Source: the human T2T-CHM13v2.0 reference genome, Homo sapiens
Length of the DNA stretch: 64,000 nucleotides
Reading direction: 5' to 3' (one strand)
Assembly: GCF_009914755.1 (NCBI RefSeq)
Contig: NC_060929.1
Below are positions 15,433-29,235 of the stretch, in pieces; the first letter of the stretch is position 1, and every line of letters begins with the position of its first letter. The translations under genes were made by a program, and so were the position numbers. Under the pieces are notes generated by a model that worked only from the letters and a program-made list of their open reading frames with translations, did no database searches and was not told where the DNA came from.

Positions 15433-15606
<174 letters not shown>

Positions 15607-15695
15607 CTGGCATGATGGAGGGATTCAGGTGACTCTAAAGACAGGTAAATGTAGAAGATTACAGGGTCTTGTGGAATGAGAACAATATCAGAAAG

Positions 15696-15696
<1 letters not shown>

Positions 15697-15735
<39 letters not shown>
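15697..15735. repeat. (CT)n microsatellite
   Basis: Visible directly in the sequence. Confidence 0.9.
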
Positions 15736-15738
<3 letters not shown>

Positions 15739-18637
15739 CTTTTCTCCTCTGCCCCTACCCATTCCCATGTTCTCTATATCTACCTTCATTTTGTGTATCT
15801 ACTACATTCTCTTCTTGGCATGCCAATTTTCTCTATTGCACATGGCTCAACATGGCAGCTGTCCCAAAGACATACCCCCTCACAGCTTCATGTCTGTCAG
15901 CATCTAAATGACAGAGGCTCTGTGTCCCAATAGAGAGGAATTGATTGGTCAAGTGGTCACTCCTAGACCTATCAGCAGTGGCTGTCAGGCAGTGGGGAGG
16001 AATCTACTGGTACAAAATGTGGCTGTATTAGGCATCTCTTTAGCAAGGATTCGAAGGCTGTCTTAGAGAGGAGGGAAGAATCTTTGGGAAGGAGTATGAG
16101 TGAATAGAGTAGAAATGCTGACATCTCTTGTACACCTTTAAATACCAATATTATAAATAGATCTGAGAGGTCAGGACACTCTCAGAGAAGTATACTATCC
16201 TAGGATTTCCGGGCATGGGCTGTAGGGACTGGAGGCTTTCAGAACTTCTTGCACCTCTGAAATTCTGATTCAGAGCCATGAAGTCCTGGAAAGCCTGACT
16301 AGTGGCATGGGTGTCCCGAAAAGGGCTCAGGCTTCGCTTTTGCAGAAGGACATTGCACTGGACCTATTTGTGGCTCCTTAGCATCTTGTCAATGATCCTA
16401 GCCATCTCTGGAAACACAGAAGGTCCCATCTGCAAGCGCTGAACACAAAAACTGCTCATTTTCTTCCTCCCTGTGTGCATAAAGTTTGTATGTGTGCAGT
16501 GCTGAGGCTTATGCAGTAGGGAGGGGATGAAGAGGAGGAACTATGGAAATGTGACTGTTTTGTAAAATAAATTAATAGACTCATAGGCTAGAAAGTCCCT
16601 TACAGTTCATCTAGCCATGTAGTCATCAAAGGGTGTGCCTCAGACCTTGAGGGTTCCCCAGAAGAACCTCAAGGACCAAAAGAGGAGGTAGCAGGAAAGT
16701 GTACAGGAATCCTTCCTGAGTAGACAGGATTCCACCCACCAGCATCCTCTGGCAGCAGTGCAATCCTGCTGTTCTTAGCTTTATATGTCGGGTTGTTATG
16801 TATTGTTTCACTGGTTTATAGGTGAGGAAACTGACTGCAGAGAGGTAGAGCAACTTGCCCACGATCAGATAGTACTGGTTCCCAGCTGTGCTGACTCCCA
16901 GAGCCCTCCTTCTGCTGGCACGGGTCATATTGAGACAAAAAAGAGAACAATGATTTCTGACAAGGAAAACTGTCATAAGAGCTAACCATCTGTGTCTTCC
17001 ACCTGCAGCAAAGCATCAGGCATTCACTATTGACATGTTTCCATCACCCAATAGCCTGATCATACAGCTGTGCTTGGTAGTATCCAAGCTGCAGAACAGG
17101 GATGAACTCGTGGCTTCAGGGCTCAAGCTCTCTAAATTGCCAAACTTGCTCCTTGGGTGTCTGTTCATTTTGCAATTAGTTAATTGGCAAAGGGACCCTG
17201 TAACTGTTAGGGCAATTTAAATGCAATCAACAGAACTCAACTCTAACCAAAGAGAGAGAGAGGGAGAGAGAGAGAATGCTGAGAAGCTCTCCAAACTGAC
17301 AATATCAAGACGCCATGGCTGGAATAAATGAAGGCCAACCAATCTTCCCAAGATTCAAGGTCCTAGGAGAGGGAGACAGACTGGATAAGCTCAGTTCACA
17401 TGACCACCTCTTTACTGGCCACTGACATTCTCTTGTGCCAGTTGCTGGTTCTAGGCTTTCCAAGCCACCATGTTTACTGTTACCCTTGAGGCAAGTCTTA
17501 ACTTGTCACTCAAGCAAGCTCTCTATCTCACAAGTGGCCCTTGCTCCTTCTCTTTTTCCCCCTTCCAACTTGGTTTTTATCATGCCTCCACTCCTACAAT
17601 CAAAAAACCCACCTCTTTTCAAACTCCCAAGAAGAGTTTCCCTGTGTTCTCAATGTCTTGCAGTCTGGCACGATGATTCTTTTATTTGACTCACACATGT
17701 AATTTTTTTACCATGTTCCCTCTTCTAGGAACTTCAGAGAGATTTCTTTGGGATTGAAACAGAGGGCAAGATGCAGAAAGTGTTGAATCCAAAATTACCC
17801 CTTCTCTAACAGACTATCCAAGAATTAGACTCAAACTTAGAGTCAGTTCAGTACAAGACTTAAAGGGCAACTCTTGTTGTCCACTTTGGTTGAAGAAATT
17901 TAGCCTAGAGCAACAGTCAGTGCCAACATGTTCCCCACTGGTTCTCCTAGAAGGCCTACAGGGACTTCATATAAACAGAATTTCTGTGTCAGAGTCCCTG
18001 CAGCAGGACACAAATTAGGCCTTCCCCATGGACTTGGCTGCAAAAATATTTAAACACATAATGTCCAAAGTTACTTCGAGCTCTAAGAGTCTATGACTCC
18101 CTGATGATGCAAATGGAATTTATTTCTAAGAAGAGGGTGATGAACATCTTACTCAATGAACCATAATTCACTTTGCCAGATTCCAGAGACTTCCTGACTG
18201 GTTCTTGAGAGAACTCCCATGGTGCTGAATATCTGCCACTTGCCTGGGAGTTTATGACATCAGACAGCAGGGTCTAACCTGACTGTTGGAAGGAATTGTT
18301 ATCTACACTATGAGGCAATAGGCTCATATATACCCTCAATACCAAACACATCACTTTTACTTGACCCAGGCCAATTGACCAGTGGATGAGGGGTTGCCAG
18401 TGGTTGAATGAGCTGACTACTTGCGACAGAGAGAAGTGGTCTGTGGCATCGTCTCCACAAGCAGCCTTTGTTATGGCCTAAAGCCAAAAATAAATTAAAA
18501 AGAAAAAAATCAAATCAATTATGGATGTAGACTTAAGCTATGCTTCAGGATTGGGATGCAAAAAATAATTGATTGTCCCATGTAAGTGAGGAATATTTTC
18601 CCAATCCCTAAATGGCATGCTATTATGTTTGGGGTTG

Positions 18638-19028
18638 TGTTATGGCTTGAAAGTTCATATGCTGGAAATTTGAAAACTTAATTCCTCATGCAACAGTGTT
18701 GAGAGGTGGGACTTTTAAGAGGTGATTAGGTCATGTGGGCTCTGCCCTCATGCAAGGATTAATGCCATTATCCAGGAAGTGGGTTTGTTATTATGGAAGC
18801 AGGTTCCTGATAATTGGATGAGTTTGTCCCCCTTCCCCTCTCTTGTGTATGTTCTCTTGCCCTTTCCACTTCCACCATGAGATAATACAACAAGGAGGGC
18901 CTCACCAGATTCAGGCCCCTTGATCTTGGACTTCCCAGCCTCCAAAACCATAAAAAATAAATCTTTGTTCTTTATAAATTACCCAGTCTGTGATATTCTG
19001 TTATAGCAGTGCAAAACAGACTAAGACA
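18638..19028 (+). mobile_element. MST-family MaLR solo LTR (MSTD-like) with 5-bp TSD
   Basis: TGTTATGG...AATAAA...CTAAGACA termini; TSD GGTTG at 18633-18637 and 19029-19033. Confidence 0.9.
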
Positions 19029-19639
19029 GGTTGTTTCTCCAAAAATGGGAGTGGTTTTTCACCAATCTATCCACACTGGTTCTTCTTTGAAAAAAATGTA
19101 TCAACTATGTAATCTGTAACCATAAAACACAGAGGAGTTAGCCAAATGAACTAGAAATGTTCAGATCTACCACCCTGCAATGCAAAACACTATTTGAGAT
19201 GGACTTGCCATCTTGAATAGAGAAAGGCTTCCCATATGTACAACTGAAAAGGCAGATGCTTTGGCACATAATCAACTGTCTCCTCCGCTCAGTTACACAA
19301 CTCACTGTTGTGAGTGACAGGCTGGAATCTTGAAATTAATTTCCTTTGGCTGGTTCTTAGTAGCTCAGCACACCTGGGAATGTTTGGCTCTTCCACCTGA
19401 AGTGTTTGTAAGAGGGAAAAGAAAGTTGGAAGCAGAAATGGTACATTTCAGCTGCCCTCTCATCAGAAGATGCAGGGACCAAATTAGCCCAGCCCACACT
19501 GAGAATGCTGAGTAAGATCAGAGTCACAGACTATCAGAACAGGAAAGAGACTGGGAGAGCAAGCAGTCCAAACAAGAAAGTGATGAGAATAACAGTAATA
19601 ATAAAAATAATAATAGTGAAATTTATTTATTTTTCTGGA

Positions 19640-20194
19640 GATTTTTGTCAGATGCCTAGCCAGCATCCATATCAGCCTTCTTCCTTCCTAATAGAACCTC
19701 AATCAACTTCCCTCCATGTAGCCTCAGGTGAAACTGACTGCCGCCCCCAACTCCAGGGTGAGTTCTATTGGTCAAATGCTGCCTACCAGTGATTGGTCAC
19801 AACAGGCATGTGACCCAATTCTGGCCAATGAGACATAAGCACGTATTTGCTAATGGGATTCTACAAAAAAAGTTTCATTTCAAATAGAGAGTCTCAGAAG
19901 AGACATCATTCTTCTTCCTCTGGACACTAACACTAACACATCTAGATGTGATGCCTGGAAGTGATGTAGTCATCCTGCTATCAGCCTAAGGTTGGAGCCA
20001 ATGCACAGGATCACAAAACAGAAATATGGGGAATCCCAGGTCCTTGATGACACCACTGAGGCACTTATTTAACCAACCTTGAAGACATCCTCTTCCAGAA
20101 CTTCTTTCTAAATAAAGCTATTACACATTCTTTTTTATGCCACTTTGAGCTGGAGGTTTGATGAGCTGCAACGAAAAACATCCCAAGTTAGACA
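19640..20194 (+). mobile_element. MaLR LTR (MLT1J-like) inserted in a MIR
   Basis: GGCATGTGACCCAATTCTGGCCAATGAGAC...GGTCCTTGATGACACCACTGAG...GCCACTTTGAGCTGG...AAACATCCCAA; MIR sequence resumes at about 20195-20420. Confidence 0.7.
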
Positions 20195-22889
20195 GTGTTT
20201 ACCATGAGCCAGCCTTTGTACTTGTAACTCTACAAGCATTGTTGCACTTAACCGTTGTGACAACCTCTGAGAACAATATTATTATTATCCCCATTATACA
20301 GTTGAAAAAGACTAAGTCTTAGAGAAATTAAATGACTTTCTCAGAATCAATTCATAGATGGTAGAGACTAGATTCAAAATTTAAGCAGTCTGACTCCAGG
20401 GTCTGCGCATTTAATCTCCATGCTATGCAATCCAGAAAAGGGAAAAACTTGCTCCAAAAAGCACAATAAGTTAGTATCATTCAGGGATTAAAAACTGACA
20501 TCCAGTTGTCTTTCAATGCTTAAGTAATGGTGATGATTTTGGAGAGCAGGAGCTAGTGTAGCCAGTGCCATCACCTTTAACCAAGGCATCCTTTCTCAAG
20601 GGACCCATAGTCTGCCTTAAATGTCTGGCTCTTTTTTCTAATCTTTGATCACATTCTCTGTTTGTCTATGCTCATCTCCCTTCCACCTTCTTCTTCATTT
20701 CTGCCTTTTCAGCTCATTAATTGACTTTTTGTAGCCATTAAAGAGAGACATGTGAATCTCCTGGAAAATCCCCCATGACAGGAGCAAGATCCTTGCCAAT
20801 GAGGAGTTCTCACCAGCAAGGAAATTAAGCTGTCTGCTGGGGGCATGGAGGATGAGTTGGCAGGTCTCCCATGCTAATTGATTTCATCTTGATTCAGTGA
20901 GTCTCCCAAGCCAGGTGACAACTCAGCAGTGCCCAGAAGTTCCAGGCCTAGAAAGAAAGCAAATACTTGAAGCTGCCTCTTGCTAAGGATGAGTCACAGG
21001 GGGCTCTGCCATAGGGACCTCATAGGCCTTGGATTGTCCATGAGCAAGGGGACATATTGATGTTGGCAATGTCATCACGCTAATATAACAAACAGAAATG
21101 GGAAACCCACTCTTACATTGCGGAGTGTTGTGGTTATGAGCATGGTCTTATAATTAAGCAGATACGGATCTGACTCTCAGTTCAGTTACTCGCCAGCTGA
21201 TGAAAAAAAAGAGAGTAATGGAACTTTCCCTGAATTTAGTTTCTTCCTCTGTAAATATATATATACATACATATACATATATACACATGGTTGTGGGGAT
21301 TAGATATGATGAGTATAGTATCTAGCACCTAGTAATGCTCAGTGCCTTCAAAGACAATGATATTGACTTCAAAGATGATGATGATGATCATGATCATGAT
21401 GAAAAATTGAGTGGATAGATAACGTGTTAATTCTCATGGTCAAAGATTCTCCTTAGTAACAACTCAAGACAGGTGTCAGACTCATTCAAAGAAACTCTCT
21501 GCCTCAATTTTGCCACATGTTACCATGTTTCTTCCCTCCTAACAAAGACTAGACTACGTACAATTCAGTGCACTTGAGCTTTAACCAAACAATCAAGTGG
21601 CTCTTCTGTGGTTGGCTACAAAGATGATTTCCCATTATATCAAGCTATGTTAATGGCAAACATCCAGCTCAACTAAATAGAGCCAATTAGTCAGGCTACA
21701 TGTGGAGTTGGAAAATATAAACCAACACAGATATGGTTAATTTCAATAGGGAATGTCAGTTACAGGACAACTAAGCTTCAGTGTTCAAAGCTATTATAAT
21801 CATCTTATCAGATGGATGTTGAAAAGACTTCAACTATCCTTATTCAAATATCTCCCCAGGATTTCATCTCTATCTACCATTAAGTGTGGTGTGGCTATCC
21901 AGTTGACCAAAATATACATGCCTTGTTTGACATGATTTTGAGGAAGATAAGCACCCAGACTTCTAAATCAAGTGGTATAAGTAAGGCCATGTTTAGACTA
22001 CCGTTTGAGCAATGCATCGGCATCATATTTGGTTGGTTTTGGAAACCTACTTGTTTACCTGAACTTCGGTTTACATGAAGCTATTACACTTCCTTTTTTA
22101 AGCCACTTTGAGCTGGAAGTTTTATTAGTTGCAGCCAAAAACATCCCACATCCCATCATGTGCCAGCCTCTCTGTGTAGAGGTGGAATATATAGACGTCA
22201 TCTAATGCAGAGTTATAACTATGCTCCATGGAGCCCTAGCATTTCGGTGGAAGTGCTAACAAGGGTTTGGGGATGAGAGAGGAGTAGAGTACACAGAATT
22301 CTAGAATGCCCACCCCTCACTTCAAGCAGTGTACCTATTTCTGTTTTCCATATTGGGCTTTCAAATAATATTACTCATAACATTTAAAAGAGGTTTGTAA
22401 ATCACACTCCTGATTGAACCCATTTATTTTTCAGGAGAAAAGCATGCAGCCCAGAGAAGTCAAGACTTGCCCAAGGTTGCACAGCTAGCTACTAATAAAA
22501 TCTGGACTAGAATTCCAGGCTTAGAGATCAGCACACTTGCCTAAAAAGAGCTATTGGAAACATTTTTTTTTTGCAAACATACACTTCAAATATTCATGAC
22601 CGTCACTGTAAACATCAACAAACACTACTGTCATATACCTACTATGAGTATGGGGTGCTGTATTTGGCACCTTAGAGCTTGGGAGGACAGAGTGTGGGGG
22701 TTGATAACAGAGAAGACGTCATGGAAGAACTAATGCCTGAACAAATTTTTGAATAGTGCATACGAGTTCCCCAGATGAAAAGGGGAAGTAATGGAGCCTA
22801 TTTGGAATAGGCTCCTTCAAACATGAAACCTATTTGGAATTGACAACTATGTTATAAATGTAAAGTATTTTATTCTTACCAAATTACCA

Positions 22890-23645
22890 TGTATATCAGT
22901 AGAGTCTAGTCAGGAAGCAAGAAGCATATTAGGTATTTCAAATAGAGGGAATTTAATCCTAAAACCTAGTTATACACTGCTGGAAATAGTAGAAGAACAA
23001 AAAAAAATGGGAAAGGAGAGGAAACCCAGAGAGTAGGAACTGCAGAAAGCACCTACCCCTCCTAGGGCTGGAACAAAGATGAGACTGTGTTATTATCTAA
23101 GCCCAGGAATGCACTTATGACTGCACCACTGGGGGTGCCAGGAAGGGTGATGGAACCACCAAGGAGAGGCCACCAAGCCAGTACTAGTGGAAACCTACTT
23201 GTTTACCTGAACTTCAGTTTACATGAAGCTATTACACTTACTTTTGGAAACCTACTTGTTTACCTGAACTTCGGCTTACATGAAGCTATTACACTTCCTT
23301 TTTTAAGCCACTTTGAGCTGGAAGTTTGATTAGTTGCAGCCAAAAACATCCCACATCCCAACATGGACGGCTCATCCAAGCTCCAAGCTAGTACTGAGCT
23401 TCTATGACTGAAGACGCAATTGTAAGATATACAGTCACACCCAAAGATCACATGAGAAACAGTGAAAGAGAAAGAACATTGCTTCCTGCCTTCTCTCAAC
23501 TTCCAACCTCCTACCAGTGCTTCACACTGACTGAACCTACCAAGGGAGCCTGGGGTCGGTGGTTTGCAGTGGTCCAGGACCTGTGATGCACCTCATGGAA
23601 GGGCAAGAATGGTGCTGAGAATAAACAGGGAAGTAGCCGCCACAC
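22890..23645 (-). mobile_element. Old MaLR-type LTR interrupted by a templated insertion
   Basis: TGTATATCAGTAGAGTCTAGTCAGGAAGCA...TTCAAATAGAGGGAATTTAAT...CACTGACTGAACCTACC..GGGAGCCTGGG. Confidence 0.5.
23189..23365 (+). repeat. Local copy of 22041-22160 preceded by an extra 57-bp partial copy
   Basis: 23246-23365 vs 22041-22160: 3 mismatches in 120. 23189-23245 vs 22041-22097: 2 mismatches in 57. Confidence 0.95.
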
Positions 23646-23779
23646 TGTATTTTCTAAATGTAATATTCCTTCTAGCAATTTCTCCATAGTTCTCCAATTC
23701 AAGGTCTATCCTCCCTCTCCCCATCACAAATACACATCTACACATTGATATACCCATATAGCAACAAGTCCCCAACAGC

Positions 23780-24252
23780 ACAGTAGTGGGCATTTGTAAT
23801 TTTTTTCTGTCCTGTACTTGAAGCCTCTTCCTATTTGGAGGGAATTCCCCATTGTCCAAAGACAAAACTCTAGATCCCTGACTTGCCAGTTTCCCTTGTA
23901 GCTAGGAAGTAGCACATGACCTAGACTCCATCAATCAGAGGAGCTAGTGAGATGAAGAAGTAGAGACAGAGAGGTTCCATCCTGATGGCGAAGTAGCCAC
24001 GTACATCCAGGTTCGAAGGACCATAATGGGGGTCATGCCAGTGGCTGCATCTGGGGTTCAATGGCATTCAGGTTCCAACGGCTGTGGCATCCATGTCCTT
24101 ACTAAACAGGTTCTGTCATGTGAATTGGCCCTTATCCTCTAGACTTCCCAGTGATTTTGAGATCTACCCAAATCTTTTCAATAATCTCATTTTCTGGTTA
24201 AATCATCTAGAATAACTGTCTGTTGCTTGCAACCAAGAACATGGCTACTATA
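23780..24252 (+). mobile_element. ERVL LTR (LTR33-like)
   Basis: CTTGTAGCTAGG..GCACATGACCTAG...TCTGTTGCTTGCAACCAAGAAC. Confidence 0.6.
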
Positions 24253-24759
24253 AATTCCTTCCTTGTTTTATAACCAGAGATCTTCCTTCTTGAACCTAAC
24301 ACTTATGATTGTCTAAAGGCTTTAAGGAACTTCATCTCCTATGATATCCAAAAGAAATGAACAATGGCAGATAAATAGACTCTGGCACAGAAGCCTCCAG
24401 AAGGTGCTAAGATAGGCTGCCAGCCTCCAGCATCCAGAGGTGTAAGAGCATGCAATCTCCAGACATGACCTTGGGCAACGGGTGCTTGCCTTGAGGGTCC
24501 GGCTCCAAACCTAGTAGTAGACACCGAGTTGTTTTTCTGCCTCTCCCTCAAGGATTCACCCTGTCCAGGAAGCTCTTGGTTCAGTTGCATTTCCTGCCAT
24601 CTCCCAGACCATAGATGGCCCCAGGAAGCACTGTCAGAAATTACTGATCTCTACATCCTTGCAAATTCAGAACCCCCAACCTCCTTCCAATAGCAGCCAA
24701 GAATTTTCCCAGGTGTAGGATACTTGCCCTGCTCCTCCTATTCTAAATCATCATCTATT

Positions 24760-25321
24760 AAATTAGTCATCTATTGCTGCATAATAAATCACCTCAAAAC
24801 GTAGAGGCTTAAAACAACAATAGTCATTTATTACCTCTCATCGTTTCTGGGGATCAGCATTCAGACAGGGTAGGGTCCAGATAAGTTGTTTCCATGATCC
24901 ACAATGTTCAGGCATCTCAGTAAGAAAATTCAAAGGCTGAAGGCTGCACTCACTTACAGGCTCATTCATTCATATGTCTGGCTGTTGATGCTTGCTCTTG
25001 GCTGGGGGCCTAGCACGGACCATCAAGTCAAACCCCCGCACATGTGCCTGGTCTTCCTTACACATGACACCTGGGCTCTAAGAGCCAGACAGAAGCTGTA
25101 TTGCCTTCTACAGTCTAACCTGGGAATCCACGTGGCATCACTTCTACCACATTCTATTGGTCAAGGCAGCTACAGAGACTTGCCCCATTTCAAGGGAAGG
25201 GAACAGAAACAATCCTCCATCGCCACCCTAAAGGTGATGTGTCAATTTCTTATTGTAAAACAAACCTGTGAGATGGGAAATACATTGATGTGGCTATCTT
25301 GGGGAAATATTTCCTGCCACA
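24760..25321 (-). mobile_element. MaLR LTR (MLT1F/G/H-like)
   Basis: ATTAGTCATCTATTGCTGCATAATAAATCACCTCAAAAC..GGCTTAAAACAAC...CACTTCTACCACATTCTATTGGTC...TGCCACA. Confidence 0.75.
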
Positions 25322-26347
25322 GTCACCTTCAATAATTCCCAGGTTTAAAAGACTTCCTTGGACTCATTCCTCCTTGGATCATATGGCAACTCATGCTGCA
25401 CCTGCCATTCTAACTATATCCCCTCAGTGAGTCCAGAATATCCTACACCTACCCCCCCTCTAAGATGGTAGCTATGCTCAGTGAGTTCCAGATGGTCTTC
25501 TGGCTCCTTCTTCTGAAGAAAAACAAATAAACAAATGCAAATGTCAACTCAAAAGGGCTCCCTGCTACAAACGTTAACCCAACGATACTAATTTCAATAA
25601 CCCCTCAGAGCTATGCACTGCTTTATAGTACTTTTGCTTGCACAGGCTTATTAAATCAATAAACTCCAAGATGACTTTTCTGATGAAAAACGTAAATAAA
25701 TAAAACTACACTGTATTAAGTACAAACATGGCTTGAAAATCACTTACACCACTCTTCCCCATCTCAATTTCCACCTACTTCAATGCCATTGGTTAAGACC
25801 CAGCCCCTCAGGGACTGACACCTCAGCAAGAAGTAGGGTTCCGCATGAGCAATCTGGTTGATGGGGGAGGGTAAGAATGTGGCTTACCCTCTTAAGCAGG
25901 TAAGAATGTGGCTTACAGAGTAGGAAGGGGAGGCTCTGGCACACTTGAGTTAATGTTCCCAAGCTAAGGGTCCTGCAGGAGCTGGACGACTTGGAGGTGG
26001 AAAGGCGCAAAATAAATTGACTGTGCTTTTAACCCTCGGGCAAAGCATCAGTGATTCATTGTTGAGAATTTTCATAACACCCTCCTGCAGCCCTCCTCCC
26101 TCAGGTCTTCAGCTGTAGGCCAGGCCTGACTCTGCATGCAACAAGGGCAAAGTGGTAGCGGAGAAACCAGAATTGGGCACAAACTTTAGACTGCTCAATC
26201 TAGGCCCTGATTTTGGTAGGGGAGAGCCGCCTTAGGATTCAACCATGGCTACAGAACAGGAGTAACTCACACCTGTCAAAAAGCTTGAGTTATCAATGCT
26301 GAAATTTGAAAGGGGTTCCTCGTGATAAATGAAAGTAACAGCTATCT

Positions 26348-26686
<339 letters not shown>

Positions 26687-26724
26687 TTATGAGCATTATA
26701 TAACAGCTTTATGAGCATTACATA

Positions 26725-27461
26725 TTTTTTTAAGGTTCCGGGGTACATGTGCAAGATGTGCAGGTTTGTTACATAGGTAAACATGTGCCGTGGTGGTTTG
26801 CTGCACAGATCATCCCATCACCTAGGTATTAAGCCCAGCATCCACTAGCTATTCTTCCTGATGCTCTCCCTTCTCCCCCTCAACACTCTGACAGGCCCCA
26901 GTGTGTGTTGTTACCCACCACGTGTCCATGTGTTCTCATCATTCAGCTCCCACTTGTAAGTGAGAACATGTGGTATTTGGCTTTCTGTTCCTGTGTTTGT
27001 TTGCTGAGGATAATGGCCTCCAGCTCCATCCATGTCCCTGCAAAAGACATGATCTCACTCCCTTTTACGGCTGCATAGTATTCCATGGTGAATATGTACC
27101 ATATTTTCTTTATTCAGTCTATCATTGATGGGCATTTAGGTTGGTTCCACATCTTTGCTACTGTGAATAGTGTTTCAGTGAACATATGCATGCATGTATG
27201 TTTATAATAGAATGATTTCTATTCCTTTGGGCAGATACCCAGTAATGGGATTGTTGGGTCAAATGGTATTTCTACCTTTAGGTCGCCGAGGATTCGCTAC
27301 ACTGTCTTGCACAATAGTTGAACTAATTTACACTCCCACCAACTGTGTAAAATCATTCCTTTTTCTCCACAACCTTGCCAGCATCTGTTGTTTTTTGACT
27401 TTTTAATAATAGACATTCTGACTGGTATGAGATGGTGTTTCATTGTGATTTTGATTTGTAT
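26725..27461 (-). mobile_element. 5'-truncated older L1PA 3' end
   Basis: GGGGTACATGTGC..CAGGTTTGTTACATAGGTAAAC...GGCTGCATAGTATTCCATGG...ATTCTGACTGGTATGAGATGG; TSD TTTA(T/C)GAGCATTA. Confidence 0.92.
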
Positions 27462-28869
27462 TTTACGAGCATTATTTAACTTAATTAATGGAATTAATTA
27501 ATCAAACATGTGTCATTGACTATCTGTCATGGTTTCCTGGAACTTATATTCTTTGAAGCAGATGCTGTTAGAACTGGGACTGAAAAACATCTCTGTGGAA
27601 TTTCAGAGCCTGACACATTAGCCACAAAGCTGTAGAATCCATTTCTGGTAACTCTCACTCCTTTGGTGACTTGAGCAGTTGATGCCAGGCGTCCAAGGGT
27701 TTGCCTCGGGCTGCAGTGCTAAGCAAGCTGAACTAAAAGTTGAGTATATCTTGATAATCTGTGGAGACAACTCAAAGGAGGAAAGTGGAGAGGCTCTAAC
27801 AGACCCAGGCTATGTAGAAAGATTTTCAGAAGAACCAGTTAAGCCTGGGGTCGAATCCCAGCTCTGCCAGATGTTGGATGAGTTACTTCACCTCTCTGTA
27901 AAGCGGGAATAAAACAATTAAATGAGATAATGAGCTTATGCCCAGTGCCTTATCCATAGGAAGTGATGGAGCAATGCTTAATAGGGATGAATATGAGAAT
28001 GGAGAGGCAGCTTGGAAGGAGGGGCTCCAAGTGGCAACCACAGCCTGGGAGCCAAGACTGATAGCTGAGTATGTTGCAAAATGAAGTGGAAAACAAGACA
28101 TACATGCAGGGACCTCAAAGGCAAAGACTAGGGGTTGTACTAAGCCAGGAAGAAGGGAAAAGGTCAAATGTCAAGAAAGATGCAATTCTTTCTTTCTTTC
28201 ATTTGTTCAGTCATTCAGTAAGTATTTCCTAGCTTTCTGCTGCGTGCAAGATGCTCTGTTATGCCAAAAGGAGCAGAGAACTGGGTGCTGTCTGTGGAAG
28301 GTGGGCAGACAGGCAGTCGGGGGCTCAACTGTCATCAAAAGGCTTTTGAAAATACCAGTCCAGAGATTTGGGGGCTGCCCTGATGGGTCAGGAAGCAAGC
28401 GGAAACTTGCAAGTTTTTCCCACAGTTCAAATAGCTTCACAGGCCCTGAATCTGCACCAGTCTCTGGGAGTTTAAGAGGCCAGAGGGGCCTGGATTGGAA
28501 AGGCCTCTCTGCATAGTGTGTCCAGTCTGGACCATCCCAAGTAAACCTAATCACTCTTGGAACCAAACACTAAGATAGACCCAGTTTCACAGGACTCAGG
28601 CTGGCCCCTCACATGGCCAGAATATCCACCTACCTGGCAAGGGGCCAGGTGGTCAACAGCTACACCTTGCTGAAGTGTTAGAAACCCCCTCCCTACAGAC
28701 AGGCTGTGGTGCCCCGCAGGGAGACGCCCATTCAGTGCCTTCCTTCACATCTACTAAGTGCCTACTATGTGCCAGTTCTGGTCTAGGCCTGAGGCTATGG
28801 CCTTAAATAAAACAAATGTGATCCCTGCCCTCTTGGGATTTATGTGCTGGTTGGGAAAACAAACAACTA

Positions 28870-29235
28870 AGAGTCTGCAATCCTTTAACTAAAACGCTTG
28901 TCACCAGATGTTTTAGGGGATAGAGAATTTTTCACATTTTAGAGAGGTTATGCACTTCAAATACCATATAATACGCTCTACTCCGTAGAATCCAGGCCAG
29001 CACATCAGAGTCAAGCATATTCACAGTTCTGTCTCACACATGTAAATATTTACACTTGGAGGGATAAATTAAGGAGGCAGATAGCTTCCCATCGGTTTAG
29101 GTCAAATTTTGCTACAAAAACTGTAAATTTGTATCAAAAATAAACTGATGTGTGCCGAACTTGTTTTTTTTTAACATTCAGTTTTCAGAATGTTTGGAAT
29201 TTCAGTGTTATGGAGAGGAATTGTAAACAAATTAA
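28870..29235. mobile_element. TcMar-Tigger-like fossil
   Basis: Degenerate inverted ends (GTCTGCAATCCTTTAAC / GGAGAGGAATTGTAAAC) around an AT-rich body. Confidence 0.4.

Noticed and set aside
21690-22030. Possible processed pseudogene fragment
   Set aside because: No coherent frame; only faint resemblance to an ancient CR1/L3-type LINE, too weak to call.
19640-22160. Two MLT1J-like ends about 2 kb apart as a full MaLR provirus
   Set aside because: The intervening DNA contains MIR and other old fragments rather than recognisable MaLR internal sequence, and the second copy is only a short 3' piece.
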